64,000 bases of DNA from an uncultured bacterium (lineage in GTDB: Bacteria > UBP7 > UBA6624), in assembly GCA_964517115.1 (NCBI GenBank), contig CAZFBE010000002.1:6862-70861 (forward strand). Reading direction: 5' to 3'. The position numbers were made by a program, and so were the translations under genes. The first letter of the stretch is position 1, and each line of letters opens with the position of its first letter. Shown here in pieces: positions 44,938-56,900 of this stretch. The notes beneath the pieces were generated by a model that was given only the letters and a program-made list of their open reading frames with translations, was not told the DNA's origin and searched no databases.

Positions 44938-47900
44938 ATGAAAAAATTCATAAAATTAGTATTTTCTTTAATCATCTTTTCCATTGTTTTTTCTGCCTGT
45001 AGTGGTGGAGGGAATGAGGATGTTGGTTCTCCTCAATTTATTACAGGAGCTTTAGAGCCTGGACAGGTTGACGAATCTTACAACATGCTTTTGGAGGCTA
45101 CCGGAGGTAGTGGAGACCTGGATATCTCTCTTTACAACATCAATGATCTTCCTTCTGGTTTGGAATTTGATCCAAGTAGTTCTACTTTATTTGGTATCCC
45201 TGTTATTGGCACTACTGTTGAGTTGCTTTTTAAAGTTACCGATGAAAGGGGTGAAACAGGCGAGACTCGTCTTGTTTTAAGGATTAACCAAGGGCCAGAG
45301 GTCACCCTTGCTCCGTTTGCTTATCTTCTTGACGAAGAAGGCAATAAGGTTCCTGTCGGCAGCGTTGATTCAAGATGTACGGAAGAAAATTCTGATACTT
45401 GTACTTTTGTTACAGATTCAACCACAAACATTGATCACTCCGTTTTAGATCTTTACGTGGAATTTCAAGAGACCGATGCTGAGGATAATGTAATTGTTGA
45501 ATGGGAGCAAATTAGCCCAAGCCAATGCAGAGGGACAGTAACAACAAATGAAGGGCAGATTCTTCTCCAACCTTTTTATCCCTTAACGCCTGCAACTAAT
45601 CTTCAAGATGAAGAGGGTCAAACTATTTCTAATCAATATTTCAGTCATGCAGTTTGGCATGCTCCGAACCTAGATGAAGATTCAGGATGTGCTCAAACAG
45701 ATATTCCTGTTACCCTCAGGGTCCGAATGTCTGATGACAAGGGTGGATTTACTGAGGCAGACATAAACTTAACTGTCAATTATGTTGCAGAATTCAATAG
45801 CCCAGCTACTGTTACTTCCTTTGAATGGGAAGACGAAAAAGGGACTCCAAGAAACAGTGAAATAATCGAGCCTGGACAATCTTCAGGAGGGTCTTTCAAT
45901 GCTGAAGATGTTAGTGATGATGGTTCTGGAACATCTAATGATAATAATTATGTTTGGTTAGCTGCTGAGTTCCAGAATGGCAATATCTCAGAATCAGAAA
46001 ACATCAGCCTTATAGGCTGGAGTGTTAATTTGATAGGTGAAAATTTACCATTTGAAGGGGAGGTTGAAATTGATGAACCTACAAATGGCAAAGTTGGAGA
46101 TACTAATGATCCTTCTAGCGGTTTGCTCTGTACAAATGAACCTGGACAACAGCCTGTTTTCTGTGGTCGTTTTAGACCTCTTGTAAGTAGGGATGTTGAA
46201 GGTGCGAGTGACCAATATGAAATTAGTGTTACAGCTCAAGACATTTATGGTGGAGTTGGAAGCACGACTTGGCTTATTACTGTTTCCGATAGCGGAACTT
46301 CAAGCGGTGGAGGAGGCGGTGGCCCTGCTTTTAAAAACTCAATTCCTGTGATAACTGGAAGCAATCCTCAAGCACAAATTTCAATGGAGGTTAGTGAAAC
46401 TACAGGAGCCAATAGGCAGGTTAGTGTAACTGCTGATGATAATGATTCCGATATCATCAGGTATTGGTGGTCTCTTGACATAAACAACTCAAATGCAACG
46501 CCTAATGGATGTGTTACCGACAACAGTCTTGCAAATTTATGGGGTCATGACAATTGGTCTTGGGATCCAAATGCTGGATTTAATTCTTTGGTTCAGGATG
46601 TAAATTCAAATGATGCTATTCTTTCAAACAGTGTTGTAAGGAATCCAGACCTGAATGTACAAAATTCAATTCTTCGAACATTGGATACGGTAAACTCATC
46701 TCCAGCGATTTCTTCTGTTGGATTTACATTTACTCCTGGACAGTGTGCGGGTGCTGTTGCTGGAACAACATGTGTGAGAATTGACAATATTCAGGCTTTT
46801 GGTGGGGTCCAGAATGGTGTCTCTATTCCAGTAAGGATTAGTGATGATGCTGGTACCGAGTACATGGACACTTTTATTACTTCTGTTTCAGCTGATCCAG
46901 ATCCTTTGAATGCTCCTGCAGGAAATCTAGAAATAGCAGAAACTCTTGAGGACGACTATTCGATAATGAATAATGCAAGAGTCAGCATAAGGTGTGCATT
47001 ACCTATAAGTGTTTCTGTTGCGGACCAGATAGCAATCCAGGGATTTCTTGACAACGGTAATGGGTTGAGTCATAACAGCATTATCGACACTGATGTTTCT
47101 CAAGATTTTTCAAGAGTTTGTGGAAGTGATGATGTTCTTGGAAACCCTTTGTGTGATTGGGGGCATTTTGTTATAGTCTTCCCTGACCCTTCTGAAACTT
47201 GCTCTCCGTATGCTGAGCAAAACTGGAGTACTGATGGTTGTTACCAAAGAGCTCAAGTGACATCTGTTGACCAAAGTACAGGAACATTAAACCTAGATAG
47301 ATTTTTGACTTTAGATACCAATGACCAGTACCAAATTCTGGGATGTGATTTAGGTGGAATTTTCACCCCTTCTGATTCAGGTGATGATTGTGACAAGTCT
47401 GACGAGTCGATTGTTACTGTTACTTTTAGTTCTCCAAATGTTAACAACCCCCCTCAGATAACTTCTGGACCATCAATTTCCGATGATCCTATATTTGAAT
47501 TTTCAACTTTAGATGCTTCTAAGACAACTGTTTCAGTTTCTGTAGAAGATTCTGATGGCCCTGGTTCTTGTGCCCTATCTTGGACAGACCCATGTGGAAC
47601 TATGAAATACTATTGGACTGACTGGAAAGGTAGTAACAACAATGCAAATACGAGGGCATATCTTGTTCAAAACGGTACTTTTGGATCAAACACTGTTGTT
47701 GTCCAAGGTTCTTGTAATCGACATGAACAGTATAGGCCAGTAAGGGTTAGCGATAGTTCAAACCCTCTTGGGCATGAAACAACAATAGAAAGTTGTATTG
47801 AGTCTGGTAATTTTGGTAATCAAAATGCTACTGTAACTTTGGCAACCAATTTAGACAACAATTACCTTACGAGTAATTTGGCAATTCTTGAACATATGCA

Positions 47901-50900
47901 GTGGGGCTCTTATGGACCTTCTGCGAGTATAGAAAGCAATAATGGCATTTGGGCAAAAACAGGTGTTAGCGGTATTGTTTGGACTGCTCCATCAGCTGAT
48001 TTGAATGGTGTTGATATATGGACTGGTGAAACTAACTTCAGGATAAGGGTTGTTGCTGTTGACGGAACATGTCGTTATCCGGGGATTTTAGACTTCCCTG
48101 AGGCTCAATTGTGTGATTCAGCAAGTGCTTCTGTTGGTGTTATAAACAATGTAGAGCCGTCTGCAGGTTTGACTTTTGAGATACTTGACGAAAATCCAAC
48201 TAACTTAAGGGTTAGTTTTGATGCTTCTTCAAGTTTTGATTTGGATTCGGGTCCTGATGCTTTGAAGTATATGTGGGACTTTGATTCTGACGGTACTAAT
48301 GATTTGACAACTTTGAATTCAATTTACATTCACACTTACACCGAAAATGCCCCTTTCTACGATGCGACACTAACCGTTACAGATGGAATCTCAAATGATT
48401 CCGAGACTGTAAGGATTCAGGTTAATCAGGCTCCGGAAGTGCCTAAGATATGGATATATGGTGTTGATGAAGATCCTTCAAATTGTATAAACACAGGATG
48501 TGAACAAGGGCAATTCTCAAATGCTCTAGAAAGCTTTACAACCATGAATCCAATTTCTACTAATCCGACAGAATTTGTGAACCCTTCAACAGGGAAGTTC
48601 ATTGGGCTTGGTGTTGGTATCTGTGATGATGACAATATCCAAACTCTTGAATGGGACCTTGACTATGATGGAGTTTCATTTTTTGCAGATGTTATACAAA
48701 ATAGTTTTTCAAATATAGATTCTTCTGCATTGTCTGTAAATGATACTGTCATTTGTGATGCTTCTGGTGAACAGAATTTCTATCAATGGGAACTTAATTC
48801 AACAGATGGAATAAATGGCCTAGGTTCTCAAATGAATTTTGCTAGTGATTACAGGGTTGCTGTAAGGGTTGTTGATGAAGAGGGTGCTACGAGTAACTTG
48901 ATGTGTTTGAATGTTTATGGTGATGTTAACGGTGCTTGGGATGCGAAGCTTTGTAGGGAAGGAGACCCTCAAAGCAATTTGGAAATCCCTCTAACTGTTG
49001 GTAATGATGAGATGATAAGTGGTGACATCAATGAAAATGATGAATATCCATTCTTGCCTGCTGAAGGTGTTGATAACAGCCATTCTCAAGGTCAACACAA
49101 TATTAGATTTGTTCAAACTGGTCCTGATACTGGAATATTGCATTCAATCTGGATATCTTCATCTTTGGATGAATGTTTAGGTGGAGAAACTCAAATAAGG
49201 TACAGGAGAGGTGCTTATGATGGCTCAGACCCTAATAACAGAGATATCAATTGGGAAGAAGCTCAGAATATTTCACATGAAGAACCAAGCAATGGAATCA
49301 AATGTGGAAGTAATGCTGAATCTCCAAATTTGACTGTAGATCCTGGCAATAGCGATCATTTGATTGTTTTCTTTGGAGATGATGAGAATGGTGACTTGGA
49401 TGTTTATTGGATAGAAAGTATTGATGCTGGTTCCACTTGGTCTCAAAGAAACTCTATGCCAGGTCTTGGAAATAGTGATTTGAGGGCTTCTGGACAAGGT
49501 GCACAAACCCAGCCAGTTTTATCCATAGAGCCTACTACAGGAAGTCCGTTTGATGATTTCTGGCATTTGAGTTTTGTGGAAGCTTCAAGTGGTCGTGCAA
49601 AGATGTTCCACATGATGAGTGATGACCAGGGTGCAAGCTGGGTTGATGGAAACAAGTATGACCAAAGAATAAACAATGCTCCACAGGTGCACGTAAGGGT
49701 TGCAGCAGGTTTTGATGTTTCTGTTGGAATGGCGACAAATGAATCTGGCCCTGATTTGGAATGCTGGGTTAGCGATTATGAGGATGATGGTGGATTTTTA
49801 GCACCTGTGAATCAGACTTGCGAATGGAATGCAAACTATGACACAAACATTCAAAGGGCAGGTGGAGGTTTCAATCCTTCCTTTATTGAAAATGACAGTT
49901 GTGAAAATGATTCAGGTTGGGGTAATTCAGCCTCTGTTCTTTCAGGTTATTCATATGCAACAACAGGCTTGAAGAGAGTTGGTGCGAGATTCACAGACTC
50001 TCATGGAGCTGTTGGGTGTGGTGTGATTTGGGTTCCTGTGAATAATAACCAGGATCGTCCACCTGTTCCTGTGATGAGGTTGAGAAACCCAAGCAACAAC
50101 AATAGGGCTATAGGAGAATTGGATGAAACTGGAAACCTTTCCGTTGAAGCACAGTGTGCTTGGCGTGTAGGTGGTTTTGGAGATAATAACAGAGGTTCTT
50201 ATGACCCTGATGAAACAAGCTTTACATGTGAATTTGTTTCCGATTGGGATCCTGCTACTGCATGGACATCGCAGAATGTTCAAACAGTTAACTGTAATCC
50301 AAACAACAATCCAAATTCAGGTTCGAATTGTGCTATTGATTTAAGTTATTCTGATTGGCAAGGATTCGCTTCTGGAGATGCAAGAACCCGTGTTGGTTTG
50401 AGGGCATGTAGTGGTGGTCCAAACCCAGGAGAATGTTCACCGATTATTTGGAGTCATCTCTATGTTGATGATTACGAGAATAATGCTCCTGTTGTTTTGC
50501 TCAAGATTGAGGAAGACCAGAATGAGGCTTGTTCGCTAGCTTCTGCAGGTGTTTTGAACCATGACTTGGCAACACCATCATTCAATGTTTGTTTTGATGC
50601 AACGGCATCATTTGATAGAGAAGATGAATTTGTCAATTTTTCAAATGGATCTCTTATCTGTGATTCAAATTCAATAGCTACAAGTGCCCCAATTGTCACA
50701 GACAATGGAGACGGTACTGGAAAATGTACTTTTAGGGAAGTTGGAGATTATGCTGTTAAATATGAATTGACAGACAATAATGGAGAGGTTGGAGAAAGAA
50801 CAGTTTTGATATCCGTTGGTTATGGAGACGATCCGAGTTCAGATGGTTACCAGCATGACATAAATGCTGGAAATAGCGATCCACAAGCTGTTGCAATAGT

Positions 50901-53900
50901 AAAGCCTTTTGCTGAATCTGTGCGTAACGTTTCAGAATATGACAATACTGGCAATGCTTCTGTTTACCTAGATGGAAGAAGATCTGTCGATGCTGATGGT
51001 GAGGTTGTTTCTTGGGATTGGGATCTTAATTATGACGGTATTACATTTAATGTTGATGTAAGTGGGAATGAATTAAATTCATCAGTTGATTTAACGTTTG
51101 GTAACAATGTTGCTGGCGCAAATTACAGAGAGGGTGTTATTGCTTTAAGAGCAACTGACAATCTTGGTGCAACAAACATTCATGCTGTGACATACAGAGT
51201 TATGCCAAATGAAAACGAAGCACCACAAGGTGCAATTTCTGCAAGTCCTTTCCTTGCTGGTTTTGCTCCTTTGACTGTTGACTTTAATGCTGTAGCCGTT
51301 GATACTGACGATGCAACATGGACAGATCCAACTGATTGTGATGGTTGTACTTATGAATGGGATTTTGATGTTGTTGGTGGAACCTTTACTGTTGATGCAA
51401 CAGGCGAAACTGAAAATGTGACTTTTTCGGAAGAAAAAGATTACACTGTCGGCTTGAGGATTACTGATGCTGATGGTAGTCTTTCTCCGGTTATTACAAC
51501 TGTAATACATGTTGGAGACTGTCCAGATGACGGAACTCCTTGTGATTCAGTTACGAGAAACAGGCAGCCACAATCCTATTTCTTCATCAGTGGAGCAAGC
51601 GGTGCATTAGGAACATTCAATCCTGGAGGTTCTTATTTTGTTGATTTTGATGGTTCAAGGTCAGATGATCTTGATGGAAACATCAATGAATATCAGCCAG
51701 TTTGTAACGGAGGGACCATTTCCCAATGGACTGGAGTTTCTGACTCCACCTGGAGATGTTCATACGATGAAGCAATTGATGGTGTAGGTATCAAGACTGT
51801 AAGCTTAACGGTTACAGATGATGGCGGGCTTAGAGATGATTCTGGTAACGCAAGCACTATTCTTCCTGCTGACTCAGTTCTAACTCATACTGTCAACTTG
51901 GATGTTTATGTTTCCGACATGAACCAAGATCCAATGGGGAGTATTAAGGTTACAGGTGTTTACTACAACCACGATTCACTTCAGCCAGTTCCATGGAATA
52001 CAGCTTTGTCAAAAGATGCTGATACAAGCATGAGTGCTGGTTCTGGGATTGCTTCAAGGGAAATTGACTGTAACTGGGCTTGGAACCTTCCATTTGACAA
52101 TCCAGGTTTGACTCAGGAATCGGGTAGCTGTTCTGTTGCTATAGACGGAATGGTAAATGGCGCGAATCTTCTTACCGTCAAGGTTAGCGATGATGAGGCT
52201 TCCCCATCCGAGGATGTCAGAACTGTTGTTGTCTGGGTTGATGAACTAGGTTCTGGACAGCAGAGGCCAGTTGCGCTTGCTGATTACACGGGGTCGTTGA
52301 CGGTCGGATCTAGTTCAACAACCCACAATGTTGAAATTGATTTGAATAATTCATGGGATCCAGATGGTGACCTTTTGTCACATCGAATTAATTGCGGTGC
52401 TGGTGGAGGAATAATTGATTTTGCTGTGGGAACATGTAATTTCCCAAATCCTGCTCCAGGTGCTGGTCCTGTTCTAGAAACGGTTGAATATTCAGTATGT
52501 GACAATGGGACTGTTGGAGGATGTGGTTTTTCTGTAGAGCCTTTAATTAGGGACCATATTGACCTTACAGATTTTGTCATTGTGGCAGATGGGGTTTGTG
52601 CTACAGGCCTTTTCGCAGATGGAATTGGAGTAAGGGTTTCTAACCAACTTAACCCACCGGATTCTGACGACAGAACAGTTGAGGCTGGAGGATGTGATCC
52701 AACAGACCCTATAACAGACATAGTATCGAATGCACAGATAAATTCAACTACTGTTGATATTCCAGATGGAGAATGTATTGCTCAATCTTTCCGTGTAGGA
52801 AACCCTATACGTATTGAAGATGATAATATGTTTGGTGCAGGACCTACAAATACAACAATTACCAACTGTACTCCTGGCAGTCCAGATGTATTGGAATTTG
52901 CTGATCCTTTGCTTGAAACTGTTCAGGATGGAGACAATGCCCGCGTTGTAAGTCTCTTGGATACTGTAAGGGTTGATGGAGGATTCTTTGGTGGAGTAAT
53001 GTCTCCTGCTTACTTGGTTGATGATGGTGCTCAAATTGAAGAGATTCGCGAAGGGAATATTGGTTCTGCTGCAACGGCTGGAGATAACCAGTTGCAACTT
53101 GCAGCTGGAAGTTGTGCTGATCCTGAATTGAACCTAATCAGAGGAAGACAGGGTTTAGTTAGGGAAAATGAAACCTTGACTTCAGTCTTCACAATAGATA
53201 CATGTGGTGTTGTAGGTGCTGACGTTATTACTTTCCCTGAACCTTTGAGGGATGATTACACAACCAATGGAATTATTGACATGAATGACAATCTTGATAT
53301 TGAGTATTTGACATTTGAAATTTGGAACAACAGACCTCCTGTTGTTGTTGCTCATGAAGAAAATACTGATTGGGTTGTTCCAGTTGGAGGAACCACGAGT
53401 TGGCATTCAAGATCCCAAGATGAAGGGGATCCACTTTACCTTTCATGGGATCCAGATGGTGACTCTTTGCAGTATGCATGGGAATGTGACAGTGTTGGAG
53501 CAGGAAATACTTCAGCTCAAGATTGTCAATTTGATACTGTTGGAAGGCCAGCGGTTTCTCTTGTTGTAAGTGATGGAGATTTGTCCGGACAGGATAATCA
53601 CAATATCGCAAGAGCAACAAACACAACGCCGATGCCAATTGTTTATATTGATCCTCAAACTGACTTCTTGCCAGTTGTGGATAGTTTGATGACATCAAAC
53701 AATGTTGTTTTGGTCGGAGGTTCAACCATGGATCTTGAAGGCCAATTAAGCAATCCTCCTTGGAGCACAACGTTCCAGTGGGATTGTGGAGATGGAAATG
53801 GGCTAAATACAAGCCCTCCATTCTCTCCAGGTCCATTTAACTATGATTTATGTTCTTACCCGGCTTCCAATACTCCAACGATCCCACATAGTGTTAGCCC

Positions 53901-56900
53901 AATTGAACTTATAGTGAATGACCCACATGTTTCTCCTGGATGTACGAGCTACTTCTGTTTGCCTGGCTCCACTTCCTTGGGTGTTATCCCTGTTAGGAAT
54001 ATGTTGAATAGAGCCCCAAGGGCTGCTATTTCAGGTCCTGAAAATTGGGATTCGAATACAAATCCAAATAACCCTTGGGAGGAAGATCATTTGAACTGGG
54101 TTGGAACTTTTGATGTTTCTGTGAGTTCTGCTCCAAATTTCAACGGTACTTTCTCTGTTCCTCTTTCAGCTCATAACTCCATTGACCCTGATGACCAAGC
54201 ACTGACTTATTCTTGGGATTGTGGCAATGGTAGCCCTGTTGTAAATACACCAGTACACACTTGTGTTTATCAGGATGATGCTGTTGCGAGTGATGTTAGA
54301 GATGGTTTGACAGATTTGGGCAATGATGGAACTGGGGACATGTGGACTGTAACTTTGACAGTAACAGACTCAATGGGTGTTTCTGATACAGATACTGCTA
54401 GTGTAAGGGTCGTCGAGCAGCTTTCTCCACAGAGTGGAATTTTCCAAAGTGATGCAAATGGTCAAAACAATTATTGGGTAGCTGATTCTGATCCAGGTAT
54501 TGCAGACCTCAAACGACCTGATTTAGAGCTGTTGGATGTTTTTGCGGACGGAACATACCTTTTCCCGAAACCATTAACTCCATTTGGTGGTGAGAATCCT
54601 GGAGGATGTCCTTTTGAGGAACTTCCAAATTGTGATTCTGCAAATACCCTTTTTGATTCCGTTGTACATCTTGACGCTTCAAGGAGTTTAGATCCTTATG
54701 GAAGAAACATCTTTGTTCAGATTGATTGTGACTGGGTCGATTCAAATGATTTTGCTACTTTCTCTCCAGATATGAGTGGTTCTACTTTCGATGCTTTGGC
54801 ACCTGCTTGGTTTGAGCATGTGTGTAGAGATCAGGTTTCTGGACCAGCTTTATGGAATGGAACTGATTCACCAAATTCAGGAGACTCTTCTACATACACT
54901 GTTTCAAGAAATGTTTCTGTTAGGGTTTGTGAAACTGCGTCAACAACAGCATGTGCTGCTTCTGCTAGAGAAGACATTTCATCATTTGATATGACTTTAT
55001 GGAGAAACAGGGTTCCTTTAGCCCACATAACAATACAGGATGATGTTTTCTCAGGGGACAATTCAAGGAATGTTGACTATACAGCACGTTCTTCTTGGGA
55101 TCCAGACGGTGACCCAGTTCTTTTCGGGCAAGGTGCTGGAACCATAGATAAAGATGGTCTTGCTAACTGGAGTGGAATAACACCAGACATATGTCCAGAT
55201 GGTGGAACTTTCTGTGACGATAAGGATCAGGTTCCTCAATGGGTATGTGATGATGGAGGTAGTTGGCCTTATCAAACAGGTTTTGGAAACAATAAGGTAG
55301 TTTGGGATGTTGACCAGGGTCACAGAATTGGATCCGGATCTTCATTAGGGGAACAAGGTGTAAATGGAGAGGACTCATTCAGATGTCTTGTTTCTGGTCA
55401 GGGTGTTACATTTAGGCCAACCCTTTATGTTTCTGACGGAGACCCTTCTGATGAAGGGTACAGTTTGGAGTCTTGTATTGAGTACTCTGATTCAGGAAGC
55501 CCATTTGCTTCTACTTTAGATAATCATGTTTGTGCAAATGGAAATCCAATACATCTTGGCGGAGTTGGAAATGGCTTGACTGTCAATAATCCGCCTTCAG
55601 CTTGGATAATCCAACAGACAAAGGGTGATCTTTTTGGAATTACACCATTCCAGGTTAGCCTTTCTGCCGATCATTATGATCCAGATGGAGATCCTTTATC
55701 AAATAACTTTAATAGTGCTACTGGTTTTGAGTGGGATTATCATTATTCAAGATCTTGGTATTGGGGCGGCAACAATGACGATGTGTTAAATGTTAACGAC
55801 TTTAATTATCAAGACGATACTGTTTCTGATTTTGATATCGACAGTGCAGGGGTTTGGAATTTTGCTGTTAGAGCAACTACAGAAGGTACACATACAGCTT
55901 TAGTTCAAAGTGATGGATCCGGTGCAAATTGTTTTGATGAAGACTTAGGAGACGTGTATCCATGTGATACAAGCATGATGGATCTTCCTCAGGTTGTTTG
56001 GGATAACATACTCGGTCTTGTTGGAGGTATTGCTTCTAGCCAAGATTGTAAGTGGGGTGTTCAAGACCCTCTTGACCTGCTGCTTTACGGTGACGGGGGA
56101 ATGTTCCTTCTCAAAGATGAAGATGCTGCCATGTATAACATTGGTCAAAGTGTTGAAATTTTTGGAGGTCCTTTCAACCAAACATTCCTTGCAGGTTCAG
56201 TTTGTGATATTGTAGATATTCCAAGTGGCTGGAACGGATTGGATGGAGACCTTTCAAGAGTTTATATCAACTGGAACGGATTCCTTTTCCAGCAGTTGCC
56301 AATTGGTGAAACTTTTATTAGAAATACAGACAATACATTGACCGGAACTGAGGAAATCAAGACATTTACTGTTACAACTGATGGTTATGTTGGAAATCTT
56401 CAGATACCAACAAGACATGCTCAGTCTGGAAATATACTTTCCAACGGAGCTTCTGCTGGTGCAAACAATGATACCCAAAATGATTTCCATGCAGCTGCTT
56501 TTGGAGAATGGGACGGATGGACAATCATAGATTCTGAAGACCAAAGGCCGGATTCAACTGTTATGGAGAGTTCTGATTTTGATGATAACAACCAGGTCTT
56601 TGGACAGTATTCATTATTCTTTGACTCCAGTCCTCCAAACAATCCTCAACATACAGTTATGTTTAACAGGTTTGTTCATACTTCAGATGATGCTGCTATA
56701 AGTGGCTCTTTCGGAGGTTGGTTCAATATGAATTACGAGGATCAACTTGTTGGAACCTCACAAGCAGGTTCTAATATTTCCGTTCTTGATTCATTTGGAT
56801 TTGGTTTAGCTATTGACTCTGCTGCTTGTAGTCCAAGTGCCATTGAGGGTGTTTGTAGGAATGTTACAACTCTTGAAACAGGACTTTATCCAAGTTTGGC